From: Candidatus Wolfebacteria bacterium GW2011_GWA1_44_24
Lineage (GTDB): Bacteria > Patescibacteriota > Minisyncoccia > UBA6257 > UBA9933
Direction of reading: 5' to 3'
Length of the DNA: 64,000 bases
Assembly (NCBI GenBank): GCA_001001115.1
Contig: LCIO01000001.1
Coordinates: forward strand, 300,710 to 364,709
This document shows, in pieces, positions 1 through 9,478 of the stretch. The notes below the pieces were generated by a model that was not told where the DNA came from, did not search any database, and worked only from the letters and a program-made list of their open reading frames with translations. The first letter of the stretch is position 1. Each line of letters starts with the position of its first letter. The position numbers and the translations under genes are program-made.

Positions 1-1885
1 AATTTTTCAAAATTTTATTCATAAAAGTGTTCCAGATCGGCAAAGCGGCTAAAATACTGCCGGCGTTTTTTTGCATTGGTTCTTGGTGGTTGTTGCCGGC
101 CCAGACGCCGACGGCTAAAAACGGAGTGTAGCCGATGGTCCAGGCGTCGCGATAATCGTTGGTGGTGCCGGTTTTAAGAGCCACTTGATAATCGTCAAAG
201 ACCGTCAGATTAAAACTGTTTTGGTAAAGCGGCCGTCGGGCGTTTTCGTCGGACAGAACATCGTTAAGCAGCTGGACATAATGAGGTTCGACGGCTTGAG
301 TGGCTTGATCAGCCGTTGATTCAATCACATTTCCGGAAGAGTCTTCTATCTTGAGAATTATTTTTTGATTATGTTTAACTCCTTCGGCGGCAAAAGCCGC
401 GTAAGCATTAACCATATCGATTAATTTTACTTCTCCGCCGCCTAAAACCAAGGAAAGCCCGTAACGGGACGGGTCAATAAGGGTGGTGATTCCCAAATCT
501 TTGGCGGTTGAAATAGTATTTTCCAGCCCGGCCAAATAAAGGATTTTAACCGCCGGAATGTTAATCGACTGCGCCAAGGCGTTTCTAAGGGTTATCGGCC
601 CCTTGAATTTTTGGTCAAAATTTTCAGGATGATAGCAGTCTTTTGAGTCGTTTAAAAAATTAACAATTTCCGGACAATCGGGATTATTCGGGACAAATTC
701 CGTCGCTAAGTCAAAAACAATAGTTTCCGGCGAATAGCCTTTTTTAAAGACCGTTAAATAAGCAAAGGGCTTGAAAGCCGAGCCGGGCTGGCGCAGTCCT
801 TGGGCCGCTACATTAAAATTGCCTTCGTTTTTTGAGTCGAAATAATCTTTTGAGCCGATTAAGGCCAGAATTTCGCCGGTTTTCGGATTTTGAGCGACTA
901 AGGCCGCGTTTTTTCCCTGATACAATTTTTCATTGCGTTCCGCGCCTTCTTTGACAACATTCTCGGCGATTTGCTGCATATTCCAATCAAGGGCGGTGGT
1001 AATTTTTAAGCCGTTATTTTTTAGAAAATCTTCGCCATATTTGTCTATCAAATAATCGCGGACCATCATTACGAAGTGAGGAGCCTTGATGGTTCCCAAA
1101 TTTTGTTCGGCGAACTTGAGGGTAAAATTTTTAGCCCGTTCCAATTCTTCTTTGTCGATAAAACCAAGATTGAACATTTGTTCCAAAACATAATTTTTCC
1201 GCTGTTCTAATTCCTGGACATGGGCTCCCCAGGGCGAATAATAAGTCGGCGCTTTGGGAAGGCTGGCCAAAAGCGCGGCTTCAGCCAAAGACAAATCTTT
1301 GGCCGATTTATTAAAATAAACCTGAGAAGCCGCCTCGATGCCGTAAGCGTTCGAGCCGTAAGGGATTTGGTTAAGGTAAAGTTCCAGAATTTCATCTTTG
1401 GAATATCTTTTTTCTATCCAAGAAGACAAAATCAACTCTTTGATTTTTCTTTCAAAAGTGCGCGCCGGACCAAGAAAAGCGTTTTTAGCCAATTGTTGGG
1501 TGATGGTTGAACCCCCCTGGACTACTCGGCCTTTCATTATGTTGACTAAAAAAGCGCGAGTTATCGCCCGCCAGTCAAAAGCCGAATGGCCGTAGAAATT
1601 CTGGTCTTCTATGGCAATCGTCGATTTTTTTGCGTAATCGGGAATCTGGTCAAAAGGAATAATTGTTCTTTTTTCTTGGCCGTAGATTTCATAAAGTAAA
1701 ACTTGGCCCGTGCGGTCGTAAATTTTGCTTGATTGGGCGATTTGGTGGCTTGAAATAAATTGTTTTGGATCGGGCAGTTCTCTGGCAATTTGCGACAATT
1801 TTGCCAATAAAAAAAGCGTTGCTAAAAAAAATATTAAAAGCAAAATGCCAAATATTTTTAACCACCGTCGTTTATTTTGAACCAT
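1..1885 (-). CDS. Class A penicillin-binding protein (GT51 transglycosylase + transpeptidase), C-terminus runs off window
   Basis: Own minus-strand translation; absent from the ORF track because it is truncated by the window edge. Begins MVQNKRRWLKIFGILLLIFFLATLF (TM anchor). GT51 motifs EDQNFYGH and GGSTITQQLAKN. Transpeptidase motifs SAFK (SxxK), SIN (SxN), KTGTT. Confidence 0.9.
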   Translation of the reverse strand, partial: MVQNKRRWLKIFGILLLIFFLATLFLLAKLSQIARELPDPKQFISSHQIAQSSKIYDRTGQVLLYEIYGQEKRTIIPFDQIPDYAKKSTIAIEDQNFYGHSAFDWRAITRAFLVNIMKGRVVQGGSTITQQLAKNAFLGPARTFERKIKELILSSWIEKRYSKDEILELYLNQIPYGSNAYGIEAASQVYFNKSAKDLSLAEAALLASLPKAPTYYSPWGAHVQELEQRKNYVLEQMFNLGFIDKEELERAKNFTLKFAEQNLGTIKAPHFVMMVRDYLIDKYGEDFLKNNGLKITTALDWNMQQIAENVVKEGAERNEKLYQGKNAALVAQNPKTGEILALIGSKDYFDSKNEGNFNVAAQGLRQPGSAFKPFAYLTVFKKGYSPETIVFDLATEFVPNNPDCPEIVNFLNDSKDCYHPENFDQKFKGPITLRNALAQSINIPAVKILYLAGLENTISTAKDLGITTLIDPSRYGLSLVLGGGEVKLIDMVNAYAAFAAEGVKHNQKIILKIEDSSGNVIESTADQATQAVEPHYVQLLNDVLSDENARRPLYQNSFNLTVFDDYQVALKTGTTNDYRDAWTIGYTPFLAVGVWAGNNHQEPMQKNAGSILAALPIWNTFMNKILKN

Positions 1886-1926
1886 AGCCGTTAAGATAAA
1901 AAATTATAACGCAAAATTTGCGATAA

Positions 1927-1960
1927 TAAAAATAGCCCCCGCTTAGCGGAGGCTATTTTT
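1927..1960 (-). terminator. Hairpin terminator after the ruvC / small-ORF operon
   Basis: atagcccccgc / gcggaggctat stem (10 bp, 1 mismatch) with a ~5-nt loop. Flanked by an A-run and a T-run, so it is bidirectional in shape. Lies just past the stop at 1962. Confidence 0.6.
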
Positions 1961-1961
1961 A

Positions 1962-2150
1962 TTATTTCTCCAACTCTTCTTCGTCAAGAGACAACTCGTC
2001 CGTTTCTTTTTCCTCTTCTTCCGGCGAATTGCAATCGGGACAGGAACCGCTTTTCATGTCCGCTCCGCATTCTTCGCAAACTTCTTTCTTTCCTCCCGCA
2101 TCTGAATCTTCGTCATTAAGCTTGACGGTTTTTAATTCGGAAACAGTCAT
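1962..2150 (-). CDS. Small acidic zinc-ribbon protein (hypothetical)
   Basis: 62 aa with CEECG...CPDC (CxxC x2) and an Asp/Glu-rich tail. Sits 4 nt downstream of ruvC on the same strand. Confidence 0.5.
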   Translation of the reverse strand: MTVSELKTVKLNDEDSDAGGKKEVCEECGADMKSGSCPDCNSPEEEEKETDELSLDEEELEK

Positions 2151-2154
2151 TTTC

Positions 2155-2643
2155 TTAAATTAAATTAACGACCTTTGTACGTAAATGATTCGCGGCGCAA
2201 ATGGCGGTGGCCAAAGCGTCCGTGACATCATCGGGTTTGTCAATTTTATCGATTTTCAAAATTTTGGAAACCATTTTACCGACGGATTTTTTGTCGGCCA
2301 GGCCGTAGCCCGTTGCCGCCACCTTTATTTCCGACGGCGAAAATTCCAATACGGGTATTTTGCTTTGGAGAGAAATCAATGTCAAGACCCCCCGGGTTTG
2401 GGCCACCTCCAAGGCGGTTTTCATATTTTTCATAAAAAAAAGCTTTTCTATGGAGATTAAGTCGGGCCTTCGGATTTTAAGCAGCCGGGAAAAAGATTCG
2501 GCGGCTTCAATCAGCCGTTGTCCTTTGTCTTGGCTTTTTATTTTCAAAAGACCGCATTTAATCAGCTTTAAGTTGCCTTTGTTTTTTTCTATTAAACCGA
2601 AACCGATGCGGGTTGAGCCGGGGTCAATGCCAAGAATCAGCAT
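2155..2643 (-). CDS. ruvC: Holliday junction resolvase RuvC
   Basis: MLILGIDPGSTRIGFGLIE N-terminus and a DDVTDALA acidic motif. 162 aa, typical length. Confidence 0.9.
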   Translation of the reverse strand: MLILGIDPGSTRIGFGLIEKNKGNLKLIKCGLLKIKSQDKGQRLIEAAESFSRLLKIRRPDLISIEKLFFMKNMKTALEVAQTRGVLTLISLQSKIPVLEFSPSEIKVAATGYGLADKKSVGKMVSKILKIDKIDKPDDVTDALATAICAANHLRTKVVNLI

Positions 2644-2656
2644 TTTTATAGCTTAT

Positions 2657-2695
2657 AAAAAAACCCCGCGATTCGCAACAGCGCGAATAGCGGGG
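2657..2695 (-). terminator. Rho-independent terminator of the lipoprotein pair
   Basis: On the minus strand: ccccgctattcgc..gcgaatcgcgggg hairpin followed by ttttttat. Lies between the stop at 2721 and the ruvC start. Confidence 0.65.
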
Positions 2696-2720
2696 CAAAG
2701 AGAAAGCGGTTTTATGGATT

Positions 2721-3314
2721 TTAGTAGCCACTCTCGTAAATGTGGAAAATTTGGGCTTCGCCTTCGGGATGGACATAGACGGTGAATTCTTGATTTACCG
2801 TCCAGATGCCGTGAACAGCAGTCGGCTTTTCTATAGCCACCCTTACCAGGTGCTCGCCGACGCCCAAATGAAGGTCAGATGTCGCGCCGTACGGTTCAAG
2901 GATAATTGGCTGCTTGCCTTTATCAATCCAGATTCTTACCTTTCGGTAAGAATCGTTTTTGAAGATTACCAGCGACGGGTCGTCAAACGACGAATCGTAA
3001 ACGGTCTGGTAATCTGCTAAAGGCGGCGGGCCCGGCAACGGCATTGTTCCTGGCGACAGGGCCGGCGGTTTTGCCCGGTAATCGTATTTGTACACGATTA
3101 CCTGCGGCGCTTGCCCGCCGTAATTTCCCCATTCGTCGAAACCGAGAACCGGAATTTTCCAAACAGTGATTCCGGCGCCGGTTTCCGCGTGGACTGGTTC
3201 TTTGGCGGTTTGCCGTAAACCGGCGCAACCGGACATCATCAGGAGCGTCATCAGCAACAATAAACCCGTTAGGAACAACATTAACTTTGCAGGGGCATCG
3301 AATTCGATCTTCAT
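2721..3314 (-). CDS. Predicted lipoprotein, unknown function
   Basis: Start moved to the ATG at 3314, which is preceded by gaaggaggtg. Signal peptide with lipobox LLMMSGC. No family recognised. Confidence 0.6.
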   Translation of the reverse strand: MKIEFDAPAKLMLFLTGLLLLMTLLMMSGCAGLRQTAKEPVHAETGAGITVWKIPVLGFDEWGNYGGQAPQVIVYKYDYRAKPPALSPGTMPLPGPPPLADYQTVYDSSFDDPSLVIFKNDSYRKVRIWIDKGKQPIILEPYGATSDLHLGVGEHLVRVAIEKPTAVHGIWTVNQEFTVYVHPEGEAQIFHIYESGY

Positions 3315-3319
3315 TCTTT

Positions 3320-3877
3320 TCACCTCCTTCTCAGCCATTCTACCGCGTCTTCCATTATGCCCGTGCCACGGATGTCAATCAGCGGCGACTGGTAATGGTT
3401 TTGAGGAATATCTCCGGTGTAAATGCGGAGAATCCAGCCCCAGTGGCGTTTAGTGTATTCGTAGTCGTAGTAATCGGTCGGATTCCTGTTGACGGAAATC
3501 CAATTTGACGGTCTTGGGAGTTCTGCCAAATTTCTTACTTGAGGGTAGAATTGAGAGGGGTAGTAAAAAGGGAGAATTTCTATTCGATATTCTCCGTACT
3601 CCAGTTTGTGTTTATATCCCCTCACTTTGGTTCTTCCGTTGTAAACCAAAGAAGGATTTGCGCCCTTTTCGTTCCAACTCTCAATCAATCGGTCGGCTTG
3701 GTCGTAAAAATCGATTTTCGCCGCCGCGCTGCCCTCGATGATGATTATTCCCAGTCGAGGGTCGGCGTTAAATGCCGGCATCATTTCGCCTTCGTCGCGC
3801 GGCTGAGTAGCGGCGCAGCTACTCATAAACAACAGGAGACCCCCCAAAATCAGAACCTCTAAAAGTATCCTTTTCAT
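3320..3877 (-). CDS. Predicted lipoprotein, unknown function
   Basis: MKRILLEVLILGGLLLFMSSC lipobox. SD aaaggaggcg lies upstream. No family recognised. Confidence 0.6.
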   Translation of the reverse strand: MKRILLEVLILGGLLLFMSSCAATQPRDEGEMMPAFNADPRLGIIIIEGSAAAKIDFYDQADRLIESWNEKGANPSLVYNGRTKVRGYKHKLEYGEYRIEILPFYYPSQFYPQVRNLAELPRPSNWISVNRNPTDYYDYEYTKRHWGWILRIYTGDIPQNHYQSPLIDIRGTGIMEDAVEWLRRR

Positions 3878-4004
3878 TTTTATCGCCTCCTTTTTAGATT
3901 TATCGGTAATTTATGTCAAAGAATCTAATTAAATTATATTAAATTCTCACAATTTTGTCAATCCCGGGGTTGTTTTTCTCGGCGATTTTGCTATGATGCT
4001 GGCT

Positions 4005-4139
4005 ATGTCAATAACTTATCAGCCGAAAAAGCGAAAAAGGAGAAGAACACACGGATTTCTGAAACGGAGCCGGACAACGGCCGGCCGAAAGGTTTTGGCA
4101 AAAAGAAGAAGAAAGGGGAGGAAAAGAATTACGGTTTAA
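4005..4139 (+). CDS. rpmH: 50S ribosomal protein L34
   Basis: Own translation; below the track size cutoff. [44 protein letters not shown]. Directly precedes rnpA. Confidence 0.9.
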   Translation: MSITYQPKKRKRRRTHGFLKRSRTTAGRKVLAKRRRKGRKRITV

Positions 4140-4142
4140 TTT

Positions 4143-4472
4143 GTGTTAGCCAAAAAATTTCGTTTGCCAATTCAGAATTGGTTTAAAGAAAAGAAGGGGG
4201 CGATTGTTCGCAAAAGCGATTTTTTTGCCGTAAAGACAAGGGAAAGCAATTTGCCTTTCAGCCGCTACGGCGTTGTTGTCAGCCGGAAAGTTTCCGGATT
4301 TGCGGTTCGGCGCAACAAAATCAAAAGAATAATTTTTAATTTTATCCGGCTGGAAAAACTTCAAGAGACTTCAGGCAGAGACGTTTTAATAATTGTTTCG
4401 CCTTTGGCCTCTAAATTAACAAAACAAAAAATCGAAACCGAACTGAAATCGTTGCTAACCGCTAATCGCTAA
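4143..4472 (+). CDS. rnpA: RNase P protein component
   Basis: 109-aa basic protein in the conserved rpmH-rnpA-yidC-jag order. GTG start. Confidence 0.8.
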   Translation: MLAKKFRLPIQNWFKEKKGAIVRKSDFFAVKTRESNLPFSRYGVVVSRKVSGFAVRRNKIKRIIFNFIRLEKLQETSGRDVLIIVSPLASKLTKQKIETELKSLLTANR

Positions 4473-4477
4473 AATAT

Positions 4478-5227
4478 ATGGCCGTTTTTTTCAAAACAAT
4501 TTTATATCAGCCGATTTTCAACGCCCTGGTGTTTTTATATAATTATTTGCCCGGCCAGGATTTAGGCCTGGCCATTATTGCTTTAACGTTTTTGATACGG
4601 TTGGTTTTGCTTCCTTTGTTTTATAAAAGCGCCAAAGACCAGACAATAATGCAGAAACTGGCGCCGAAAATAAAAGCCATCCAGGAAAGCCATAAAGACG
4701 ATAAACAAAAACAAACTTTGGCTTTGCTCGAGCTTTATCGTGAGCACAAAGTCAATCCGTTTTCTCAATTTCTGCTGCTTTTTATTCAATTGCCGATTTT
4801 AATCGCCTTATACCGCGTTTTTTGGCAGGGGATAACCGAGCAAACATTGGCTAACCTGTATTCTTTTGTTTCCAAGCCGGAAATTTTGAGCCATCAGTTT
4901 TTGAGGTTGATTGATTTAGGCAGCCGCAGTTGGATAATCGTCGGTTTGGCGGTTGTCGCCCAATATTTTCAGGGCCGACTTTCTTTGGCAAAAACCGATA
5001 AATTAGCCAAAGATTTAACGGCTATGGAAAGAATGAGCCGGCAGATGGTTTTTGTCGGTCCGCTTATGACAATTTTATTTTTGAGTTATTTGCCGGCCGC
5101 GGTCGGCTTATACTGGTTGACAACCTCGGTTTTTTCAATTATTCAACAGATTATCATTAATAAAAAATTGACAGTCAGCGATGACGCTTTGATTGCCATA
5201 GATAAAAAATTGCACCACCAACAATAA
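4478..5227 (+). CDS. yidC: Membrane protein insertase YidC (short form)
   Basis: LAIIALTFLIRLVLLPL and a polytopic C-terminal region typical of YidC/Oxa1. Synteny supports it. Confidence 0.9.
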   Translation: MAVFFKTILYQPIFNALVFLYNYLPGQDLGLAIIALTFLIRLVLLPLFYKSAKDQTIMQKLAPKIKAIQESHKDDKQKQTLALLELYREHKVNPFSQFLLLFIQLPILIALYRVFWQGITEQTLANLYSFVSKPEILSHQFLRLIDLGSRSWIIVGLAVVAQYFQGRLSLAKTDKLAKDLTAMERMSRQMVFVGPLMTILFLSYLPAAVGLYWLTTSVFSIIQQIIINKKLTVSDDALIAIDKKLHHQQ

Positions 5228-5231
5228 ATTT

Positions 5232-5663
5232 ATGGATAAAATTCAAGAAATTTTAAAAGAAATGATTGAATCGATGGGATTTGAGGATTTTTCCATTAAT
5301 TATGACGCCGAAAAAAGGCGGTTGGCGGCGTTTGTCAACGACGACATTGTCTCGGAAACAATCTTGCCGACCCTTGTCAACAACCTGGATTATTTAATGA
5401 AGCTCGTTGTTCAAAAAAATAATTTGGAGCCGGTTTTTATCGACATCAATAATTATCGCAAAAAGCGGGAGGGTTTGATTTTGGAAATCGCCAAAGCCAC
5501 GGCTCGGAAAGCAACGGCCGAAAAACGAGAAATAGAGCTTCCGGCAATGAACGCTTACGAACGCCGCTTGGCGCATATGGAGCTGTCTTCCCATCCCGAC
5601 GTTAAGACCGAAAGCATCGGCGAAGGCAAAGAAAGGCGCATAATCATCAAGCCGATACTTTAA
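5232..5663 (+). CDS. jag: Jag/SpoIIIJ-associated KH + R3H RNA-binding protein
   Basis: R3H-type motif NAYERRLAHMEL near the C-terminus. Position after yidC. Confidence 0.8.
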   Translation: MDKIQEILKEMIESMGFEDFSINYDAEKRRLAAFVNDDIVSETILPTLVNNLDYLMKLVVQKNNLEPVFIDINNYRKKREGLILEIAKATARKATAEKREIELPAMNAYERRLAHMELSSHPDVKTESIGEGKERRIIIKPIL

Positions 5664-6544
5664 AGCCGCTTTATCATGCTTTGAAAGCCCAGCGTTTCGA
5701 AATAAGCGGTTAATTTTTCTTTGGGCAGGCCTTGGTATTTTAAATCCTCCAAATTGATTTCAAGCGGAGCGTCGCGCCGGATTTCTCCTAAATGTTTTGA
5801 GAGCAGGGCTTGTTCTTTTAATTCGGAAATTTTTTGATAAGATTTTTCTTTTTGCCCTTGTTCCAAAAAATTTTCCAGCGAACCGTATTTTTGAATGAGC
5901 GGCGTCGCGGTTTTCGGGCCGATGCCCGGCACTCCCAAAATGTTGTCCGAGGCGTCGCCGACCAAACCCTTGTAATCGGGGATTTGTTTCGGCGCCAAAC
6001 CGTAGCGTTCTTTAACGCCCTCTTCGTTGTAAATTGCGGTTTCACTGACGCCTTTTTTGATGGTTTCCACCACCACTTTGTCGTTTTCCACCAATTGGAG
6101 AGCGTCCAAGTCGCCGGTTAAAATAATAATTTTAATTTCCGGCAGATTTTTGAATTTTTCCGCCGCGGCGCCGATTAAATCATCGGCTTCAAAACCGGGA
6201 GTTTCAAATGTTTTGATATTAAAGTTTTCCAGCAATTTGCGGGCTTCGATAATTTGGGAAACCAATTCATCCGGCGCTTTGGGCCGGTGAATTTTATATT
6301 CCTTAAAAATTTCTTTTCTGAAGGTTGGTTCCGGCCGGTCGAAAAAGCCGGTGACATAATCCGGCACGCGGCTGTTAATTCCTTCAGCGCCCGTTTTTTT
6401 ATCTGGATGCAGAATTCTAATCAGAATGCTGGCCAAGCCGTAAAGCGCGCCGCTGGGCCGACCGTCTTTGGTGGTAAAAGGCGGCAAAGCGTGAAAGCAT
6501 CGGTGGACTAAGGCATTGGCGTCGATGAGTAAAAGAGTTTTCAT
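5660..6544 (-). CDS. 5'-3' exonuclease (FEN / Pol I N-terminal domain family)
   Basis: MKTLLLIDANALVHRCFHA and GVPGIGPKTA (H3TH). Start set at the ATG at 6544. Confidence 0.85.
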   Translation of the reverse strand: MKTLLLIDANALVHRCFHALPPFTTKDGRPSGALYGLASILIRILHPDKKTGAEGINSRVPDYVTGFFDRPEPTFRKEIFKEYKIHRPKAPDELVSQIIEARKLLENFNIKTFETPGFEADDLIGAAAEKFKNLPEIKIIILTGDLDALQLVENDKVVVETIKKGVSETAIYNEEGVKERYGLAPKQIPDYKGLVGDASDNILGVPGIGPKTATPLIQKYGSLENFLEQGQKEKSYQKISELKEQALLSKHLGEIRRDAPLEINLEDLKYQGLPKEKLTAYFETLGFQSMIKRL

Positions 6545-6577
6545 TGATATTATTATACCATGTCTTACAATTAGCAC

Positions 6578-6997
6578 GTGTGGATGATTTACGCTTTTCT
6601 TTCGGCTTTAAGCGCCGCGCTAGTGGCGATTTTTGCCAAACTGGGTCTTGATCGAGTTGAGCCGATTTTGGCGACCACTGTCCGTTCGCTTATCATGAGC
6701 GGATTTTTAGTTATCGTCAGTTTGCTTTTAAAAAAATTCCAAGGATTCTCCTTAAATTCATTCAGTTCTCGCGACTGGCTTTTGATTTTTTTAGCCGGAA
6801 TCTCAGGCGCCCTTTCCTGGCTTTTTTATTTTTTTGCCTTAAAATTAGGCTTGGCTTCAAAGGTGGCGGCTGTTGACCGCTTAAGCATAATTTTCGTGAT
6901 TGGCTTAGCCGCCTTGTTTTTAGGAGAAGCAATTGGCTGGAAAATAGCCGTTGGAGCGTTTTTGATGGCTCTGGGCGCGGTTTTAATCACTTTATAA
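6578..6997 (+). CDS. Small EamA/DMT-family membrane protein
   Basis: 139 aa with about 4-5 hydrophobic helices and an EamA-like N-terminus, AFLSALSAALVAIFAKLGL. Confidence 0.6.
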   Translation: MWMIYAFLSALSAALVAIFAKLGLDRVEPILATTVRSLIMSGFLVIVSLLLKKFQGFSLNSFSSRDWLLIFLAGISGALSWLFYFFALKLGLASKVAAVDRLSIIFVIGLAALFLGEAIGWKIAVGAFLMALGAVLITL

Positions 6998-7016
6998 ATT
7001 TATTATTATTAAAATA

Positions 7017-7724
7017 ATGGACCAAAACGATAAAAACAACAATTATCTTTTGCCGATTAGCATCATTGTCGCGGCGCTTTTGATCGCCGGCGCTTGGATT
7101 TATACGGCCGGCCTGAAAAATGTCGGCAACGGGAAAACACCCGAGAAGCCGGCTGAAACTTCTCTTAATATCGAAAATGTCGCAGCTGTTAATTCAAACG
7201 ACCATATTCGCGGCAATCTTGAGGCTGAAGTGAAAATCGTGGAATTTTCCGATTTGGAATGCCCGTTTTGCAAATCTTTCCATTCAACGATGAAACAAGT
7301 AATGGAAGGATACGGCGATAAAGTGGCTTGGATATATCGCCATTATCCAATAGACCAACTTCATCCGAAAGCCAGAACTTCGGCTGTCGCTTCCGAGTGC
7401 GCGGCGGAATTGGGCGGCAACGAAAAATTCTGGGCTTATGTTGACCGTTATTTTGAGATTACGCCTTCCAATAATCAAATTGACCTCGCTGAACTTCCGC
7501 AAATCGCCCAGGACATTGGTTTAAACCGCGTTCAATTTGAGAATTGTCTTAACAGTGGCCGACATCAACAGTTAATTGAAGAGCAGATTCAAGACGCTCT
7601 TAATTCCGGCGCCCGCGGCACGCCTTACAGCATTGTTATTTCCAAAGACGGTAAAAAATATCCGATTTCCGGCGCTTATTCTTTTAATGACGTGAATCTT
7701 ATTATCAACGAGGCGCTGAAATGA
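7017..7724 (+). CDS. DsbA-family thiol:disulfide oxidoreductase, membrane anchored
   Basis: N-terminal TM segment and the thioredoxin-fold active site CPFC. Confidence 0.8.
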   Translation: MDQNDKNNNYLLPISIIVAALLIAGAWIYTAGLKNVGNGKTPEKPAETSLNIENVAAVNSNDHIRGNLEAEVKIVEFSDLECPFCKSFHSTMKQVMEGYGDKVAWIYRHYPIDQLHPKARTSAVASECAAELGGNEKFWAYVDRYFEITPSNNQIDLAELPQIAQDIGLNRVQFENCLNSGRHQQLIEEQIQDALNSGARGTPYSIVISKDGKKYPISGAYSFNDVNLIINEALK

Positions 7725-8992
7725 AACTCGGTGGCCTTGAAAAAACCGACCGCAAACTTCACCGCTTTGTTGCGGCGGAAATTAAAAGGCAAAACGAAAC
7801 AATTGATTTAATCGCTTCGGAAAATTTTGTCAGCCCGGAGATTCTGGAAGTCTTGGGCTCGCCTTTAACGAATAAATATTCCGAGGGCTATCCCGGGAAA
7901 AGATATTATCCGGGGAATTTTTATTGCGATGAAATTGAAAAATTAGCTCAAGAGCGGGCGTTGAAGGTTTTTGGATTATCTCCCAAGAAATGGGGCGTCA
8001 ATGTCCAGCCATATTCCGGTTCGCCGGCAAATTTGGCGATTTATCTGGCTTTAATGAATCCCGGCGATATTTTAATGGGGATGAAGTTGGCCAGCGGCGG
8101 CCATTTAACCCACGGTCACAAAGCCAGTTTTTCCGGAAAATTATTTAAAGCGGTTCAGTATAGCGTTGATGAAAAGACCGGATTGATAAATTATAAGGAA
8201 GTTAAAAAGCTGGCAAAAAAACATAGGCCAAAAATAATTGTTTCCGGTTATTCCGCTTATCCGCGAAAAATTGATTTTAAGCGGTTTGGCGCGATTGCCA
8301 AAAAAGTCGGCGCTTGCCATTTGGCGGATATTTCCCATGTCGCCGGATTAGTTGTTGCCGGACTTCATCCGTCTCCTTTCCTTTATGCCGATATTGTCAT
8401 GACTACCACTCATAAAACTTTGCGGGGTCCGAGAGCGGCGGTTATTTTTTCAAAGTCAAATGTTAAATGTCAGATGTCGAATGTTTCAATCAGCGAAGCG
8501 ATTGACAAAGCGGTTTTTCCGGGCATGCAGGGCGGACCGCATAATAATGTCATTGCCGCGATTGCTTTGGCTTTCAATGAAGCGTTAAAGCCGGCTTTCA
8601 AAAAATATCAAAAACAAATTATAAAAAACGCCAAGGAGTTGGCGAGCGTTTTAAAAAATTACGGCTTTGATTTGGTAACTGGCGGTACGGACAATCATTT
8701 AGTTTTAATTAATCTTAAAAATATCGGGCTGAACGGCTTGGATGCGGAAAAGATATTGGAATCAGCCGGCATTATCGTCAACCGCAATTCAATTAGCGGC
8801 GATGTTTTGCCTTTCAAGCCGTCGGGAATTCGTTTGGGAACAGCGGCAATCGCCAGCCGCGGATTTAAAGAGAAAGAAATAAGGCAAATCGCCCGATGGA
8901 TTTACCGGCTGTTGATTGAAAAAGAGAAACCAGTCATAATAAGAAAAGAAGTCATTAAGTTGACAAAATATAAAAAGTATGCTATATATTGA
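7721..8992 (+). CDS. glyA: Serine hydroxymethyltransferase
   Basis: PLP-lysine motif TTTHKTLRGPR. 423 aa. ATGA overlap with the upstream gene. Confidence 0.95.
   Translation: MKLGGLEKTDRKLHRFVAAEIKRQNETIDLIASENFVSPEILEVLGSPLTNKYSEGYPGKRYYPGNFYCDEIEKLAQERALKVFGLSPKKWGVNVQPYSGSPANLAIYLALMNPGDILMGMKLASGGHLTHGHKASFSGKLFKAVQYSVDEKTGLINYKEVKKLAKKHRPKIIVSGYSAYPRKIDFKRFGAIAKKVGACHLADISHVAGLVVAGLHPSPFLYADIVMTTTHKTLRGPRAAVIFSKSNVKCQMSNVSISEAIDKAVFPGMQGGPHNNVIAAIALAFNEALKPAFKKYQKQIIKNAKELASVLKNYGFDLVTGGTDNHLVLINLKNIGLNGLDAEKILESAGIIVNRNSISGDVLPFKPSGIRLGTAAIASRGFKEKEIRQIARWIYRLLIEKEKPVIIRKEVIKLTKYKKYAIY
8455..8482 (+). repeat. Heptamer-periodic tract, GTCAGAT family (gtcaaat gttaaat gtcagat gtcgaat, then gttt)
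   Basis: Read directly. Lies in frame inside glyA and encodes VKCQMSNV. Confidence 0.8.
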
Positions 8993-9050
8993 ATAATTGT
9001 TTCAGCTCTTTAACTTTGTAATAAGCGCGACGACGCGACAAGGAGGACGC

Positions 9051-9200
9051 GTGAAAGTAATCAGCATAATCTTCTTTTTCTTGTTTCTGGTCTTTTGGGC
9101 GTTTACAAAGATAATTTTTCCGATGAACTGGGAAATAGACGAAATGACCCGTTGTGGGAGAAAGATCTTGGAAAAATCAAAAAAGCAAAAAGGAGGATAA
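9051..9200 (+). CDS. Tiny membrane protein (hypothetical)
   Basis: GTG start preceded by aaggagga. One hydrophobic helix, ISIIFFFLFLVFWAF. Confidence 0.35.
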   Translation: MKVISIIFFFLFLVFWAFTKIIFPMNWEIDEMTRCGRKILEKSKKQKGG

Positions 9201-9470
9201 ATGATAAGACGGGAAAGGAGAGTGTTTAACAAGAAGAGGATATTCCGGTCTTTTGTCGTTTTTGCTGCTGTCTTTGTGGTGGTGATGGTGATGGCATTTG
9301 CTATCGCCGTTCTTGCAAAGAACAGCTGGGGGAAGGAAGAAAGGAATGAGTGTCTGAAGTGGCAGAAAGAAGCAAGGGAAATACAGGGGTACTTTCTTGC
9401 CAATTGGCAGGCGGAGCAGTGCGCTCGCTGGGGCGTAAAAATAAACGCGCCGATAAAAGCTGATTTCTAA
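9201..9470 (+). CDS. Small TM-anchored protein (hypothetical)
   Basis: SD aaggagga immediately upstream. One TM helix (FVVFAAVFVVVMVMAFAIAVL) and 2 Cys in the ectodomain. Confidence 0.45.
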   Translation: MIRRERRVFNKKRIFRSFVVFAAVFVVVMVMAFAIAVLAKNSWGKEERNECLKWQKEAREIQGYFLANWQAEQCARWGVKINAPIKADF

Positions 9471-9478
9471 AGAAGGGG

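Noticed and set aside
1903-1918. Palindrome cgcaaa-a-tttgcg upstream of the PBP gene, as a possible operator.
   Set aside because: It is a single 13-bp AT-rich palindrome with no second copy in the window. The information content is too low to call.
3878-5663. Replication origin next to rpmH-rnpA-yidC-jag.
   Set aside because: There is no dnaA or dnaN in the window. I found no cluster of TTATCCACA-like boxes in the 3878-4004 intergenic region. The synteny alone is insufficient.
8997-9200. 67-aa TTG-initiated version of the first cassette ORF.
   Set aside because: The internal GTG at 9051 has a well-placed aaggagga SD. The upstream extension abuts the glyA stop and has no signal.
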